Source: a virus. From it: a DNA stretch of 64,000 nucleotides. The notes below the pieces were generated by a model, which saw nothing but the letters and a program-made list of their open reading frames with translations, did not search any database and was not told where the DNA came from. Both the position numbers and the translations under genes were made by a program. How positions within the stretch are numbered: the stretch's first letter is position 1; each line of letters begins with the position of its first letter. Below are positions 21,278-31,538 of the stretch, in pieces. The stretch is from the IMG/VR virus record IMGVR_UViG_3300032046_000008, positions 37,906-101,905 of that record; one strand, written 5' to 3'.

Positions 21278-21800
21278 CCACCGCGAGGGCCACCTCTTCC
21301 TCAGTCGCGCCAGAACGTCGCAAAGAACTGAAGACCAGTGTCTGATCTGTCATGGATCGCATGGCATAGCACCAGATCCACTTCAGATAACGAGCTCTAG
21401 GATTCTCAGTGTCGAATTCAATGCCGAGGAAGTTTAGATCCTCGACCCAACCATCATCCTCTGGTCGTTGAAGATCCTCCGGAACATCCACTAACTGCGT
21501 GCCCAGGAGAAGCATCACATTGATGGCTGCGAGTGCAGTCGCCTTTGTGTACTCCTCTAGGGCGCGCAGATAATTTGGATCGTTTGGGTTCTCTTCCTCT
21601 CGTCCTTTCTCTTCTATAAGGATACGAGGAGGACTAGGTTGCTCGATCCGCGCTATAGCTTGCTCGATAGCTCCTGGTGGCGCACCGAGCAACCTTAATC
21701 TTATACCAGAGGAGAGAGTGACAATCTCTTCTAGCACATCTTCCTTGGCCGCTGCATCGAACGCTTGCCTTTCGGTGCGCTCTGATGTTTCCTCCATCAT
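21135..21800 (-). CDS. Tail assembly chaperone (gpG-like)
   Basis: Between major tail and tape measure genes; GGAGG SD. Confidence 0.72.
   Translation of the reverse strand: MMEETSERTERQAFDAAAKEDVLEEIVTLSSGIRLRLLGAPPGAIEQAIARIEQPSPPRILIEEKGREEENPNDPNYLRALEEYTKATALAAINVMLLLGTQLVDVPEDLQRPEDDGWVEDLNFLGIEFDTENPRARYLKWIWCYAMRSMTDQTLVFSSLRRSGATEEEVALAVDAFRNRAERRADNKRLSKQSDSNRPDAGAIVPRANPPIRRKRGRKVQ
21267..21275 (-). other. Candidate +1 programmed frameshift site GCC-TTT-CGG
   Basis: Phe UUU followed by Arg CGG; +1 slip to UUC enters the 20984..21277 frame. Confidence 0.6.
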
Positions 21801-21817
21801 TTAAGCCCCTCCTAGCT

Positions 21818-23284
21818 TTAAGCAGCCTTTACCAAGAACCCATCAATTGCACCAACCGCAAGACCACCACCGAGGATAAAGTTAGGATCCTCGCCACAAG
21901 TCGCCAGACTATTGATCTTGTTATTGGCGGGGAAACTTACAGGATCTTCTGGCAACACGTACCACGAGTTACCGCCATCAATGGTGCGCAGAATGACAGC
22001 ATTGTGCGCCATGTAACCGACAGTTGGTGTAGAGAAAGAGATATCGTGCACTTCGCTTGTGCCAGAACTAGTGAATGTCTTTTCTACCCAGGTCACTCCT
22101 GCATCACGAGTATAATAGAGTCTGCCATTGGCAGTTCCCACGAACCATTCATTCTCGCCCTTCATCCAGCAACAATTGAGAGCGATACCAACATTAGCAG
22201 GGGGACCTGTTATCCCCTGCCAAGTGCTACCTCCATTGCGCGTGTAGATTACAACGTTAGCGGCACCTACAGCCAACAAGTTTAGTTCATCGTAGCCATG
22301 AATGTCATTTAGGTTCGTGACAACTCCAGAACTCTGCGCAACAGGCGCAGCAGTAATGTCATCTGTGAAATAGACAACGCCGCCATCCCCAACAATCCAA
22401 GTGAAAGCCGAGCCCAGACTAAATATCGCATTAGGAGCCCCTACGATCACGATTTCAATCCAGGTCTCTGAATCATCTAGAATGTCGGCAATGGGGGCAT
22501 AATGTATTGACTTATCAGCATTCGAGATAACCACCAGATAGGTACCAACGCAAGTCATGTCGCTAGGATTTACGTTTACAGGAAGAGAGCCGATGGTGCT
22601 TATCCCGATTGTCGCGCCCTGGTCTGGACTATAGACTATTTTTGCAGGAAGCCCAGGAGAACCTGGGTACACCAGAGTTACAGCAAATATTTTCTGACAG
22701 CCATCGGATGGCAAACCGCATTCACCACACTGCCTGCTATCACAGATAGAGACGGCAATTACTTCACCAACAACTTCTGTACCTGCAAATTCCGCCACTA
22801 GCAATCTCTTCAATTCATAGGCATCGCGTCCTGTGAAGGGAACATCCTCATTAATCACGGCATCCTCGCCCGAGTCAAGAGCGCCGAGTTCAGAGACGCC
22901 ATAATCAGTAGGATATGCTCCCTCTATTACCAAGATCTTGTCCCAGCCATGATTGAAGTCTCTGGGATCCTGACATTTGCCCATATGAATCTGGAGGTCC
23001 AGAGGGCACCGCTTGCGTACCAAGCGCAGCAAATCAGACATATCTCGCGAGTAACGAGTCTGTATTGGTAGGCTAGGCAAACCCTGAGCTCCTCGGACTT
23101 CATCGATGACTAAGAACTGACCATACTGATCAGGATCGGGAATTCTAATGGGCGTGATGTCACCCTGCGGCCAGGCAAATGCCATCGCTCTGGAAAGCCC
23201 CATATAGAGTGGCGCATTGGCTGGTCCTGCACGGTCTTCAATTACAAAGACTCGGCTATAAGGAGTACGCTGTGGACTAGGCAT
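21818..23284 (-). CDS. Major tail (tube) protein with C-terminal BNR/Ycf48-like propeller
   Basis: Upstream of chaperones; C-terminal YTRNGGSTW, YTRDAGVTW, RTIDGGNSW repeats. Confidence 0.65.
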   Translation of the reverse strand: MPSPQRTPYSRVFVIEDRAGPANAPLYMGLSRAMAFAWPQGDITPIRIPDPDQYGQFLVIDEVRGAQGLPSLPIQTRYSRDMSDLLRLVRKRCPLDLQIHMGKCQDPRDFNHGWDKILVIEGAYPTDYGVSELGALDSGEDAVINEDVPFTGRDAYELKRLLVAEFAGTEVVGEVIAVSICDSRQCGECGLPSDGCQKIFAVTLVYPGSPGLPAKIVYSPDQGATIGISTIGSLPVNVNPSDMTCVGTYLVVISNADKSIHYAPIADILDDSETWIEIVIVGAPNAIFSLGSAFTWIVGDGGVVYFTDDITAAPVAQSSGVVTNLNDIHGYDELNLLAVGAANVVIYTRNGGSTWQGITGPPANVGIALNCCWMKGENEWFVGTANGRLYYTRDAGVTWVEKTFTSSGTSEVHDISFSTPTVGYMAHNAVILRTIDGGNSWYVLPEDPVSFPANNKINSLATCGEDPNFILGGGLAVGAIDGFLVKAA

Positions 23285-23579
23285 GGATTACCTCCCTTTC
23301 TGGGTACAAATCGACTATCTTCTGGACATCTAGTCGCAGTACAGCCTGTATTGCTGTAACTATATCATGTCTTCTTTGTTTCACATCTCTCGACCTCCAC
23401 AATTTCCGTGCATAAAGTTCATTATGCAATTTGACTTCTAATTCTAGTGGCAAACCTAACGATTCTAGAGAAGGTGGCCCAATAGGAATACCCATGGCGG
23501 CATCTTTATCGGATGCTTCATCTGGTAGCCAAACCTGAAATTTACGTCCTTTCTTGTCTGTGTAAGTAGCCTCGCGCAT
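23277..23579 (-). CDS. Hypothetical neck/tail-region protein
   Basis: TAATG-coupled start MREAT. Confidence 0.55.
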   Translation of the reverse strand: MREATYTDKKGRKFQVWLPDEASDKDAAMGIPIGPPSLESLGLPLELEVKLHNELYARKLWRSRDVKQRRHDIVTAIQAVLRLDVQKIVDLYPEREVIHA

Positions 23580-24814
23580 TAGACCGAATCTCCTAGAGCT
23601 TCTCTCTGAACTTGCTTCCATGCCTGTATTGCTCCCCTTCTTGTGCCAAAAGGATTACTAAGATCCTCAGAACTTAAACTATAACTGGCCAACTCTTCAG
23701 CGCCAGAAGAGAATGCTAGATCTTGTCTCCATCGCTCAACACGATCATGCGCTGTTTCACAATCGCAGGTAGGCCGTGCTAATTTTGAAGCAGCAAAAGC
23801 TGCCACCGTCTGTTTCCACGAGAGAGACATATCTCTTTCTGAGCAGATCAAATCCTTGTCACGCAGACCAGCCAGATAATAAAGTCGAACAAGGTCTGGT
23901 TGCCGTTCGACTGCCCACCCTACAGAATCGAAGTCCAATGTCGCAGAGTTCCATTCAGCTGGTTGATAAACTACCAGAGAATTCCTTGGATTGCCTCGCA
24001 TCATCAGGCAACCGCTCTGAATAGCATAACTACAAGAAGCGCAGCCTGCACCATCGCAGATACTGCATCCTGTCGGCTCCCATAAGAAGGAAACCTGGGC
24101 CTGAGGGTCATTGTAACGACGGTAAACATCAACTGTGGTCAAGAAATTAGCATCATCGGTTCCTTCCACTCCCTGGGCGCTTAGGGACTCAAGAAGAGCT
24201 TCCAAGACACATAATTCGCGCCGGAATGTAATGGTTGCGATACCTCCGGCAATCGTCACGTTGGTTGGCCGTATTTCCCATTCGTCTGCGCCCGCCTTCC
24301 CTGGATAGTAGATAGCAATCTCACAGGGGTCTATCACGGTTGTCGCATGATCCACAGTCCCTGTTTCCTTATAACCAACTGCATCCGGCGCGGACCAGGT
24401 TATCGCATGAGCGGCAATAATGAGATTCTTGGCCTTCATGCCACCTGTGATGAAATGACCCCAGTTGGCCCTCGCAACTTGCCCATAACCCCTCAGATCA
24501 GTAACAGATAGATTTATAAGTTCAGGACGATAGGGCCGAATTGTGGGTTGCCATTCATCCTTCTCCCAGGAAGGACAGAGACGATAACCAAGCATACCTT
24601 CTATCTGGGCCTCGGCCTCAGCAATAGCCATCGCAACTTCTTCCCGACTTACACGGTCTGCTGATTGCCAACTATATTGAAGCCAAGGAGTCTGGCAAGT
24701 AGCAGTAGGAACAATACCTTGGATAAATACACTCTCAAATAAAAGTGGATGAATCCCCATAATTCGAGCCCATTCAGTTAGAGAAAGTTTTGTTACATCA
24801 GTTGCACGAGCCAT
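23579..24814 (-). CDS. Putative head-tail connector/adaptor
   Basis: SREEVAMAIAEAEAQIEGMLGY adaptor-like helix; position before tail genes. Confidence 0.55.
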   Translation of the reverse strand: MARATDVTKLSLTEWARIMGIHPLLFESVFIQGIVPTATCQTPWLQYSWQSADRVSREEVAMAIAEAEAQIEGMLGYRLCPSWEKDEWQPTIRPYRPELINLSVTDLRGYGQVARANWGHFITGGMKAKNLIIAAHAITWSAPDAVGYKETGTVDHATTVIDPCEIAIYYPGKAGADEWEIRPTNVTIAGGIATITFRRELCVLEALLESLSAQGVEGTDDANFLTTVDVYRRYNDPQAQVSFLWEPTGCSICDGAGCASCSYAIQSGCLMMRGNPRNSLVVYQPAEWNSATLDFDSVGWAVERQPDLVRLYYLAGLRDKDLICSERDMSLSWKQTVAAFAASKLARPTCDCETAHDRVERWRQDLAFSSGAEELASYSLSSEDLSNPFGTRRGAIQAWKQVQREALGDSV

Positions 24815-26091
24815 TAGTACATCCCCCACAAATTCTTATCGCCTGGTTTCCTCTTGTGGCCGGAAGGCATAGGTACGGGTTTAGGTATGGCGATAAATCC
24901 AGATGACTTCCGCGTTGAGGGCCGTGCCATAAATCCAGATGGCTTTAATGCTGAAGGCCATGTCGCAGGATTTAATAGTTCGAACACCGAGACATGGCCT
25001 CTCAAGATTAACTTAGGCAGAGCCAGAACAGCCATTGGGCGAGAAACTACAACTGGCAAAAGTATTATCTCAACCTTGGCCTGGGCGATAATGATTGGCA
25101 TTGGAAGTACCAGAAAAACGGACACAGAAGAAAGCATTATTTCTGTGATGCCGAGTTCAATAGTCAGGGATGATAAGACCAGCGGCACCGTGAGGGTTAA
25201 TGGATTGATCCCGGCAATTCCTATCGCGTTAACAGTCGATATGGGAAGAGCCAATGATAACGCCACAGGCGCGAATGTCATTTCTATAAGACCCAAGATC
25301 AAGAGTTCGATTGTGGGCTCAGGCAAGACAAAGAGAATTATTATTGAAGATGGTATTACCTCGACCAGTCCTACACCGCTGGCTGAAGGGGCGAGGATCA
25401 CCAGATCCAAGGCCGTGGGTGAAGGTATAACCTCGACTATACCCAGACCAATCACAGAAGACACTGGTGTTGCCAGGGGCACAATAATAGGATCAGGAAT
25501 TACCTCTATAATGCCAAGTATTCCAAGCACAAGCGGCAGAAGTTCCAAATTCGTCTCTATAGGTGTAGGGATAATCTCAGCAATGCCTGGTAAACTAAGA
25601 GCAGAAGGTAAGGCCGAGATCCGCACAATTACAGACGAAGGTACGATTTCAAACATGCCCATGCCATTGGTAGCAAGAGTCGGCGTGACAAGAAACATCG
25701 CTATAGGATCGAATGCGGGCGCGCAAACGCCGATGCCACCGATATTGGGCGCGGGAATGGTAAACGGAATAATCGCAGGTGAAGATGTGATCTCAGCAAG
25801 GCCCATAGCCGCAATAACTGGCGATGGCATTGCTATAGGTATCGCCACAGGAGAGGGACTTATACTCGTTGTACCAAGACTGCCGACCGCAGGTACGGCG
25901 GCAATGAGAGGCATAGTCACAGAAGATAGAATGGTTTCGATTGGACCTATCGGAGCATCCTCCATAGTGATTGGAGGATTGGGATCGTGATAAGTGAGGA
26001 TAGGCTGCCACTGCCAACGCGGGGTATTGTTGCCTATAGCAAGGCCCTGCCTGCAGAGTGTACCAAAGTGCCGAAGAGTATTTAGTCTCAC
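24814..26091 (-). CDS. Hydrophobic Ile/Pro-rich repeat protein (putative virion fibre)
   Basis: About 25-aa degenerate repeats (GxxEIxPxPxxxxLxxPxxxx). Confidence 0.55.
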   Translation of the reverse strand: MRLNTLRHFGTLCRQGLAIGNNTPRWQWQPILTYHDPNPPITMEDAPIGPIETILSSVTMPLIAAVPAVGSLGTTSISPSPVAIPIAMPSPVIAAMGLAEITSSPAIIPFTIPAPNIGGIGVCAPAFDPIAMFLVTPTLATNGMGMFEIVPSSVIVRISALPSALSLPGIAEIIPTPIETNLELLPLVLGILGIIEVIPDPIIVPLATPVSSVIGLGIVEVIPSPTALDLVILAPSASGVGLVEVIPSSIIILFVLPEPTIELLILGLIEMTFAPVALSLALPISTVNAIGIAGINPLTLTVPLVLSSLTIELGITEIMLSSVSVFLVLPMPIIIAQAKVEIILLPVVVSRPMAVLALPKLILRGHVSVFELLNPATWPSALKPSGFMARPSTRKSSGFIAIPKPVPMPSGHKRKPGDKNLWGMY

Positions 26092-26100
26092 AGCGGCCTC

Positions 26101-27243
26101 CTAGCCGCTAACGAGCGTGAGGCTACCCCAATAGGTGGTAGCTGTGACGGTGCCAGTAGGAAGTTCCAAGAGAGTCATACAGGCATTTACAAGAACTTGC
26201 ACCAGGTTGAAGGCCGAGTTGATACCATCGATGATGACTGGCAAATTCGCTACCGGGATCGGGATGTACATCAATGGGTGCCCGATAAACCAGCAGACCT
26301 CGCCAGAAGCGTATGCAGCCGAGAGGTTTATGGCGTTCGCACTGTTCTGCAAGGCCCGCACCCCCGTATCGGCTGGGTCGAGCGGCACGAACCAGTTGGG
26401 TGTCGTAAGTACGATAGTGCCAACCACTGCGCCAGTTAGCAGATTCACTGCGGGACTGGTCGTGTTGACTCCACCCTGGTCAACGTAGTCGAACGTCGCG
26501 GTGTTTGAAGCCGCAGGCAAAACCACTGAGACATCGCCACTGATGAAATTGCCCGCCGCCGTTGCATCCTGGTAGCGAGTTGGCACATTGGCCGCGTCGC
26601 AGGAACGGGGGTCAACCGTTAGGACATGGTTCATATCCCACAGCCGATCGTATACCAACAGAAGGTTAGTGCCATAGTTACCGTTGGCTACGACAGTGAC
26701 AATATGCAACGTATCACCGCCAGCGGGGTCAGCTTGCTGGAGCGCCCCCACACTGGTTCTGCCAAGAATCCTCCCAGTGCCCGTCGCACCGCCCTCGCCC
26801 GTGCCCTCCGTCGTCGGCACAGGGAATGTGCCCCTGAAGAACAATTCCGCCCCTCGTCCCACAGTCTTTGTGGGGCCAACTTTTGCAAACATCCGTTCTT
26901 GCCGTTTGCCGCCGATGGTGGCCTCACTGATTAGGTCTGAGAGTGAAGAGAAACCACCTGCCTCAGCACCGACGGTTCGCCGGATCGTGGGCCGTCCTCG
27001 ATGCCAAAACATTGGGTCGATTGCTTTCTCATGGATACCTCTTAGCACAGACAGTGAGGAGGCCTGCTGGATGTTACTGGGCCTCGGAATGATCAGACCA
27101 TCGACGGCATAGTATGGCGTACCGCCGATGGCAATCGGAACTCGCGTTCCTTGACTAGCACGATAGATTGCTTGTAAAGTATCCTCACCAAGGTAGTTAG
27201 CAAGTTCCCCCTCGCGGACTGGCCGAGGAATCCAGTTACTCAT
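26101..27243 (-). CDS. Putative virion structural protein
   Basis: LLLVYDRLW and YVDQGG motifs; AGGAGG SD. Confidence 0.6.
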   Translation of the reverse strand: MSNWIPRPVREGELANYLGEDTLQAIYRASQGTRVPIAIGGTPYYAVDGLIIPRPSNIQQASSLSVLRGIHEKAIDPMFWHRGRPTIRRTVGAEAGGFSSLSDLISEATIGGKRQERMFAKVGPTKTVGRGAELFFRGTFPVPTTEGTGEGGATGTGRILGRTSVGALQQADPAGGDTLHIVTVVANGNYGTNLLLVYDRLWDMNHVLTVDPRSCDAANVPTRYQDATAAGNFISGDVSVVLPAASNTATFDYVDQGGVNTTSPAVNLLTGAVVGTIVLTTPNWFVPLDPADTGVRALQNSANAINLSAAYASGEVCWFIGHPLMYIPIPVANLPVIIDGINSAFNLVQVLVNACMTLLELPTGTVTATTYWGSLTLVSG

Positions 27244-27271
27244 TCGTGCCCTCCTATAACTGGCGATAAAG

Positions 27272-27712
27272 CTACGTTACCTGGATCAGTCCCTCCGCAT
27301 TGGGCGTGATCTTAAAGTCACTGCCATTGGTCCATCGAGGCAGCGTTGGTATACTGGTATCGAAATAGGCGATAGGATAACTATTCGCATCATTGGTAAC
27401 GAAAAGAAAGAAAACGGCAGCAACTACCTGGAAGTCCACAGCGCCGCCGAGAGCCGTCCAGGTCACAGGATCAGCCATGTACTCACCACGATTATTGATG
27501 AGATCAGAGATTATGACCTCATTAGCCAGTGCCTTGCGAACATAGTTGGTGGCATTGCATTCATCCAATGTAGCAAAGCCAGCGAGGAACTCCATATCCT
27601 CCTCTGTGTCACATGTTGTAGCAATTCCTACCAACAGGACCCTGACATCTGCCTCTGCCTTGCACCATTCTGCGACCTTAGCCTTTGCGCGGGTGTAAAT
27701 AAAATTAGCCAT
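27272..27712 (-). CDS. Virion structural protein
   Basis: MANFIY..AK, VRVLLV, NY.RKAL, TNGSDFKI pattern of small phage structural proteins. Confidence 0.6.
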   Translation of the reverse strand: MANFIYTRAKAKVAEWCKAEADVRVLLVGIATTCDTEEDMEFLAGFATLDECNATNYVRKALANEVIISDLINNRGEYMADPVTWTALGGAVDFQVVAAVFFLFVTNDANSYPIAYFDTSIPTLPRWTNGSDFKITPNAEGLIQVT

Positions 27713-28037
27713 GTTCTTGTCCTCCTGCGCGATCTAGTGCTTTCTCTAGAGCCAGAGCTAAGCCCATTGCTCCTAGAACTAACACAATTCTACTTTCAAG
27801 TTGCCAAAGACCCCATACCAAAAGAGTAGTCCAAATACTCAGACACCATGCGCATGTTAAGAGACGAGGCAGAAAGGTCTCTGGCCAACTGACAGGTTCT
27901 CCATTCTCATTGTGCTCGATGCCCACAAGGGAACGTAATTTTAGGATTATGTCTCCAGGGCCACGTTCTTTAACCAAGAGCACTGCCAGTCTCCAGCCGC
28001 CTAACCCTACGGCCAGGATCTCCACCAATTCTCTCAA
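27705..28037 (-). CDS. DUF1360-family membrane protein
   Basis: WRL..LLVKE.GP...LLTCAWCLSIW. Confidence 0.75.
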   Translation of the reverse strand: MRELVEILAVGLGGWRLAVLLVKERGPGDIILKLRSLVGIEHNENGEPVSWPETFLPRLLTCAWCLSIWTTLLVWGLWQLESRIVLVLGAMGLALALEKALDRAGGQEHG

Positions 28038-30730
28038 GACACATTCCTATTCGGCGGTCCCAGTGCAACTAGTGCAGGCTGCAGTTCTTCTTCAGTTTTG
28101 ACTTCAGGTCGTTGACCATTAGATCCCCAGAGCACCATAAATTCAGTTCGCTCTGCGAAGAACTGGGCGTCCTCTTTCAGCACATACTTGAGCCGGCCTC
28201 CATCACTGTTATCAAAGCGATAAACTGTCCCGCTAGGACCAGCATAGGCAATAGAACCTCTTTGCTGGCCGGTGTATTCAACAACTACAACATCATTGCT
28301 TGGCGGTGGTAGTTGAGAAGTTACAGACCGCGTTACAACTTGAGATTGTGACCTCATAACCTTTCCGCCGCCACCCCCACAAGAATGGCAACCCATTAGT
28401 TCCTTGCCTCCTTCCGGATCCCAAAGAGCGCCCCATTTGGCCTTGATGCCTTCCTTGCTGACCTCGAAATCTGCATAGTTTTGATCTCGCCTGCGTCCAA
28501 GTTCTTTACGGTATACAAAGAGCGGGTCTGGCACCCTGCTGCCACATACCCCAATATCCGCAAGTGCGAGTTGAAAATCCCAATCTTCCCAGGCTACTAA
28601 ATCTCTATCAAAACCTCCAACTCTCTCCCAGGCCTCGCGCGGATACAACGCCGTGACAGCATGCAGGCAACCTTTACTAACAAGGAGACTTGCATCATAA
28701 TCAGGTGCTCTGTACAGAGCAACTCTACCGTCCTCCCATTGCTCCCACCAATCTGAGTAAACAACACCGCCCACTTGTTCCCAGGCCTGCAACAGAACCT
28801 CTAGAGCATGAGGTTCCAGATAATCGTCTGCATCTAAGGGTACAAATAGAGGAGCCTTGCTCTCATAAATTCCTGCATTTCTGGCCCCTGCCACTCCTAC
28901 TGGAGCACCTCTAATGTTGATGGTGCGCACCCAAGATGGCATGGGCGGTAGTGCTGCGCCAGTATCATTGACAACAATGCATTCCCACTGACGGAAGGTC
29001 TGAGCATCAACAGAATCAATTGCATCCATCACTAGGCGTTCATGACCTGATCCAACTGGAATAATGACAGAAATTCTAACAGGCTCCAAACTTGGGATGG
29101 GCAATTGTTCCTCTGTCACTGCGCCTGCGGGTGTTAATTCTGGTCTCGCTGCCCAAGGGAACCATTCGGCCCAGCCCGCAGCAGGAATCTGACGGCTCAT
29201 CGAATCTGCGCGATTACGATAGATGAGTGTGTCGGCCTCGGTGACCATCGCGGGTCGGAAACCGTAACTACTGGCCCTTGCCCAGAAATCAGCATCTTCC
29301 GCAGTACGGCAACGAGTGCGATAACCTCTGGTTGTCTCCCAAACTTCTCGGCGAAACATCGAGCAATAGGGCAAGAGATTTCTTTGCATGAGTTGCCAAT
29401 CATGACGGTAGGCCATTGGCCAACCTGAATGCCAGGCGCGTCCATCAGGCTCAATAAACTTAGCATTACCATAAGCAATATGGATTGATCGGTCATGATC
29501 GAGCGCATTGGACAAAAGTTCAAGAGTAGCGGGTGCCAGCATATCATCAGCATCGAGAGGGATGATATATTTTCCCTTGGCCGATGCTATACCAGTATTT
29601 CTAGCACCAGCGAGGTATTGATTCTCTTGATTGTGAAGAACACGAAAGCGAGGATCCCGAGCAGCCCATTCATCGGCAATCCTGCCGCAACCATCTGGTG
29701 AGGCATCATCTACGATGATGCATTCCCATTCCTTCAGCGTTTGGTTTTGCACCGATTCCAGGCAATCTGGCAAATACTGCTCGAGATTGTAAGCTGTAAC
29801 GATTACCGACACCTTAGATTCAGGGACAGATTCCAAAACTTGTCTATAGAGATTTGCATAACGCTCTATGACAGATTGCCATTGGTAGCGTTCTTTTACG
29901 ATGGCTCTAGTTTGGCTTGCAATATCCATTCTGTTATCTCGTGCCCAATGGATACCCTCAACAAGCCCTTCAAGATCGCCAGGATTCACAAGCCAGCCTA
30001 TCTTTTTGTGTTCGAGAAGTTCTCGCTGGCCACCCCATGCCCAACCAACAACAGGAACTCCCGCTGCCATAGCCTCCAAGGTGCCAATCCCGAGAGTCTC
30101 TCGCGTGGTACAAAGATAGACTGCTGCATGCTTGAGCATTTCTCTAGCATCGGCATATGGCAGAGCGCCAATAACTCGGACATTATCTGTAGAAGTGCCA
30201 AAGGTTGAGACAAATTGGGTCTCTGGCATCAACTTTGCGAGTTCATTAACTGGAGTAGGATCACATACAGGATCTTGCCTCGTCTTATTCCACAGAATAT
30301 AGCCTTCATTCTCTAGCGGAGATTCCCAGTCTTCTAAATTGACACCATGGCCAACAACTGCAACATCTCGCATTGTATGCCGTCGAAGAACCTGTGCCAC
30401 CCATTCACTCGGCGCTGTTACAAGATTGGCTCGCCTGATAAGTTCCATGCAATCTTTATTGGCGGCCAATGCCCACTTAGCCCATTCATACTCGGCCCAA
30501 TATAGTCCGTGATTTGAGGCTACCAATGGCACCAAAGGATGTTCATCAAGCCAACGTCGAACCATGTCGCTCATGATTGCGTGACAGGTAACCACGTCAG
30601 CATCGTCAATATTATCAACAACCTCTATGCCAAATTGCGGGAGCCATTGTCTCTGCGCTTCTACTACGCGCCGAATACCACCATCCCCTTTATCTGTCTC
30701 GGAAAAAGTTGGCTCTATAAATAGCTTCAT
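28034..30730 (-). CDS. Triple glycosyltransferase (GT4 + GT2 + GT2) with C-terminal CxxC domain
   Basis: ETLGIGTLEAMAAGVPVV (GT4); two SVI.../VDD or VND/ARN.GI/PLDADD/EDxDF sets (GT2). Confidence 0.92.
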   Translation of the reverse strand: MKLFIEPTFSETDKGDGGIRRVVEAQRQWLPQFGIEVVDNIDDADVVTCHAIMSDMVRRWLDEHPLVPLVASNHGLYWAEYEWAKWALAANKDCMELIRRANLVTAPSEWVAQVLRRHTMRDVAVVGHGVNLEDWESPLENEGYILWNKTRQDPVCDPTPVNELAKLMPETQFVSTFGTSTDNVRVIGALPYADAREMLKHAAVYLCTTRETLGIGTLEAMAAGVPVVGWAWGGQRELLEHKKIGWLVNPGDLEGLVEGIHWARDNRMDIASQTRAIVKERYQWQSVIERYANLYRQVLESVPESKVSVIVTAYNLEQYLPDCLESVQNQTLKEWECIIVDDASPDGCGRIADEWAARDPRFRVLHNQENQYLAGARNTGIASAKGKYIIPLDADDMLAPATLELLSNALDHDRSIHIAYGNAKFIEPDGRAWHSGWPMAYRHDWQLMQRNLLPYCSMFRREVWETTRGYRTRCRTAEDADFWARASSYGFRPAMVTEADTLIYRNRADSMSRQIPAAGWAEWFPWAARPELTPAGAVTEEQLPIPSLEPVRISVIIPVGSGHERLVMDAIDSVDAQTFRQWECIVVNDTGAALPPMPSWVRTINIRGAPVGVAGARNAGIYESKAPLFVPLDADDYLEPHALEVLLQAWEQVGGVVYSDWWEQWEDGRVALYRAPDYDASLLVSKGCLHAVTALYPREAWERVGGFDRDLVAWEDWDFQLALADIGVCGSRVPDPLFVYRKELGRRRDQNYADFEVSKEGIKAKWGALWDPEGGKELMGCHSCGGGGGKVMRSQSQVVTRSVTSQLPPPSNDVVVVEYTGQQRGSIAYAGPSGTVYRFDNSDGGRLKYVLKEDAQFFAERTEFMVLWGSNGQRPEVKTEEELQPALVALGPPNRNVS

Positions 30731-31443
30731 GCCGTCTCCACCAAAATTGCTTCTGGCAAATTAGAATGCCGAACTCTCTCGACTCCAATGTGCACAAACA
30801 AGTCGCCATCAGCATGCAAAATACAAATTGGCCAGACAACTCCAGACCTAGCTCCTGGAATAGCGCAGACATTGAACTCTGTCATATTGGGATCCAACCT
30901 CTCTGGCCAGGGACCAACTGACTTTTCCCATTCAATAGTTTCTAGCCGTGGATGACCTGCAAATATATGCCGTTCTTCGGAAGCCGGATCCAGCAACAAC
31001 CATAATCTCTCATTGGCTGCGACCAATTCCCCCTTCAGCGGTTGTGTTATTCCCAGATATCCCAATCGGATACAACCAAATTTGCCCTCGACCAATGCTC
31101 GCACTAGATGATCAAGATCAAGGTGGCGAAGAAGTTCCCAATCGTCCTCTAATGGCAGGACAATGCTGCTGTGTCCGTGTATGACCTGTGTTGCCAGATT
31201 ATAATTTCGACCATAGCCGCCTTGCTCAGAATTGGTCACTCCCACGCCTTGGATATGAGCATAACCTTCTGCCAATTGGATCAACTTTTCTCTGTATCCT
31301 GGCCCTGAACCATCATCTGCAATGTGTACACACAAGGGACCAGAATAGGTAAGATTGTCCAGCGCAGATCGCAGGGTCTTCTCCGCACAATCCAGACGAT
31401 TGTATGTCAGCAGCAGAATGCAGAGATTTGGAAAGTCAGTCAT
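30727..31443 (-). CDS. GT2 glycosyltransferase
   Basis: LLTYNR, IADDGS, LEDDW. Confidence 0.85.
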   Translation of the reverse strand: MTDFPNLCILLLTYNRLDCAEKTLRSALDNLTYSGPLCVHIADDGSGPGYREKLIQLAEGYAHIQGVGVTNSEQGGYGRNYNLATQVIHGHSSIVLPLEDDWELLRHLDLDHLVRALVEGKFGCIRLGYLGITQPLKGELVAANERLWLLLDPASEERHIFAGHPRLETIEWEKSVGPWPERLDPNMTEFNVCAIPGARSGVVWPICILHADGDLFVHIGVERVRHSNLPEAILVETA

Positions 31444-31538
31444 ATCAATATTTTCCCACACTGACGACAGCGATGATTACTGCCAAGCCAGACAAGTTGC
31501 CAAAGACGACACTTTGGACACACAACCGAATGCGCCAT
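31440..31538 (-). CDS. Zinc-ribbon micro-protein, 32 aa, not in ORF track
   Basis: MAHSVVCPKCRLWQLVWLGSNHRCRQCGKILI*; AAGGA SD; ATGA overlap with next gene. Confidence 0.6.
   Translation of the reverse strand: MAHSVVCPKCRLWQLVWLGSNHRCRQCGKILI

Noticed and set aside
24854-25990. 378-aa antisense ORF
   Set aside because: Mirror of the repetitive minus-strand gene, which fits operon direction and is coupled to its neighbours
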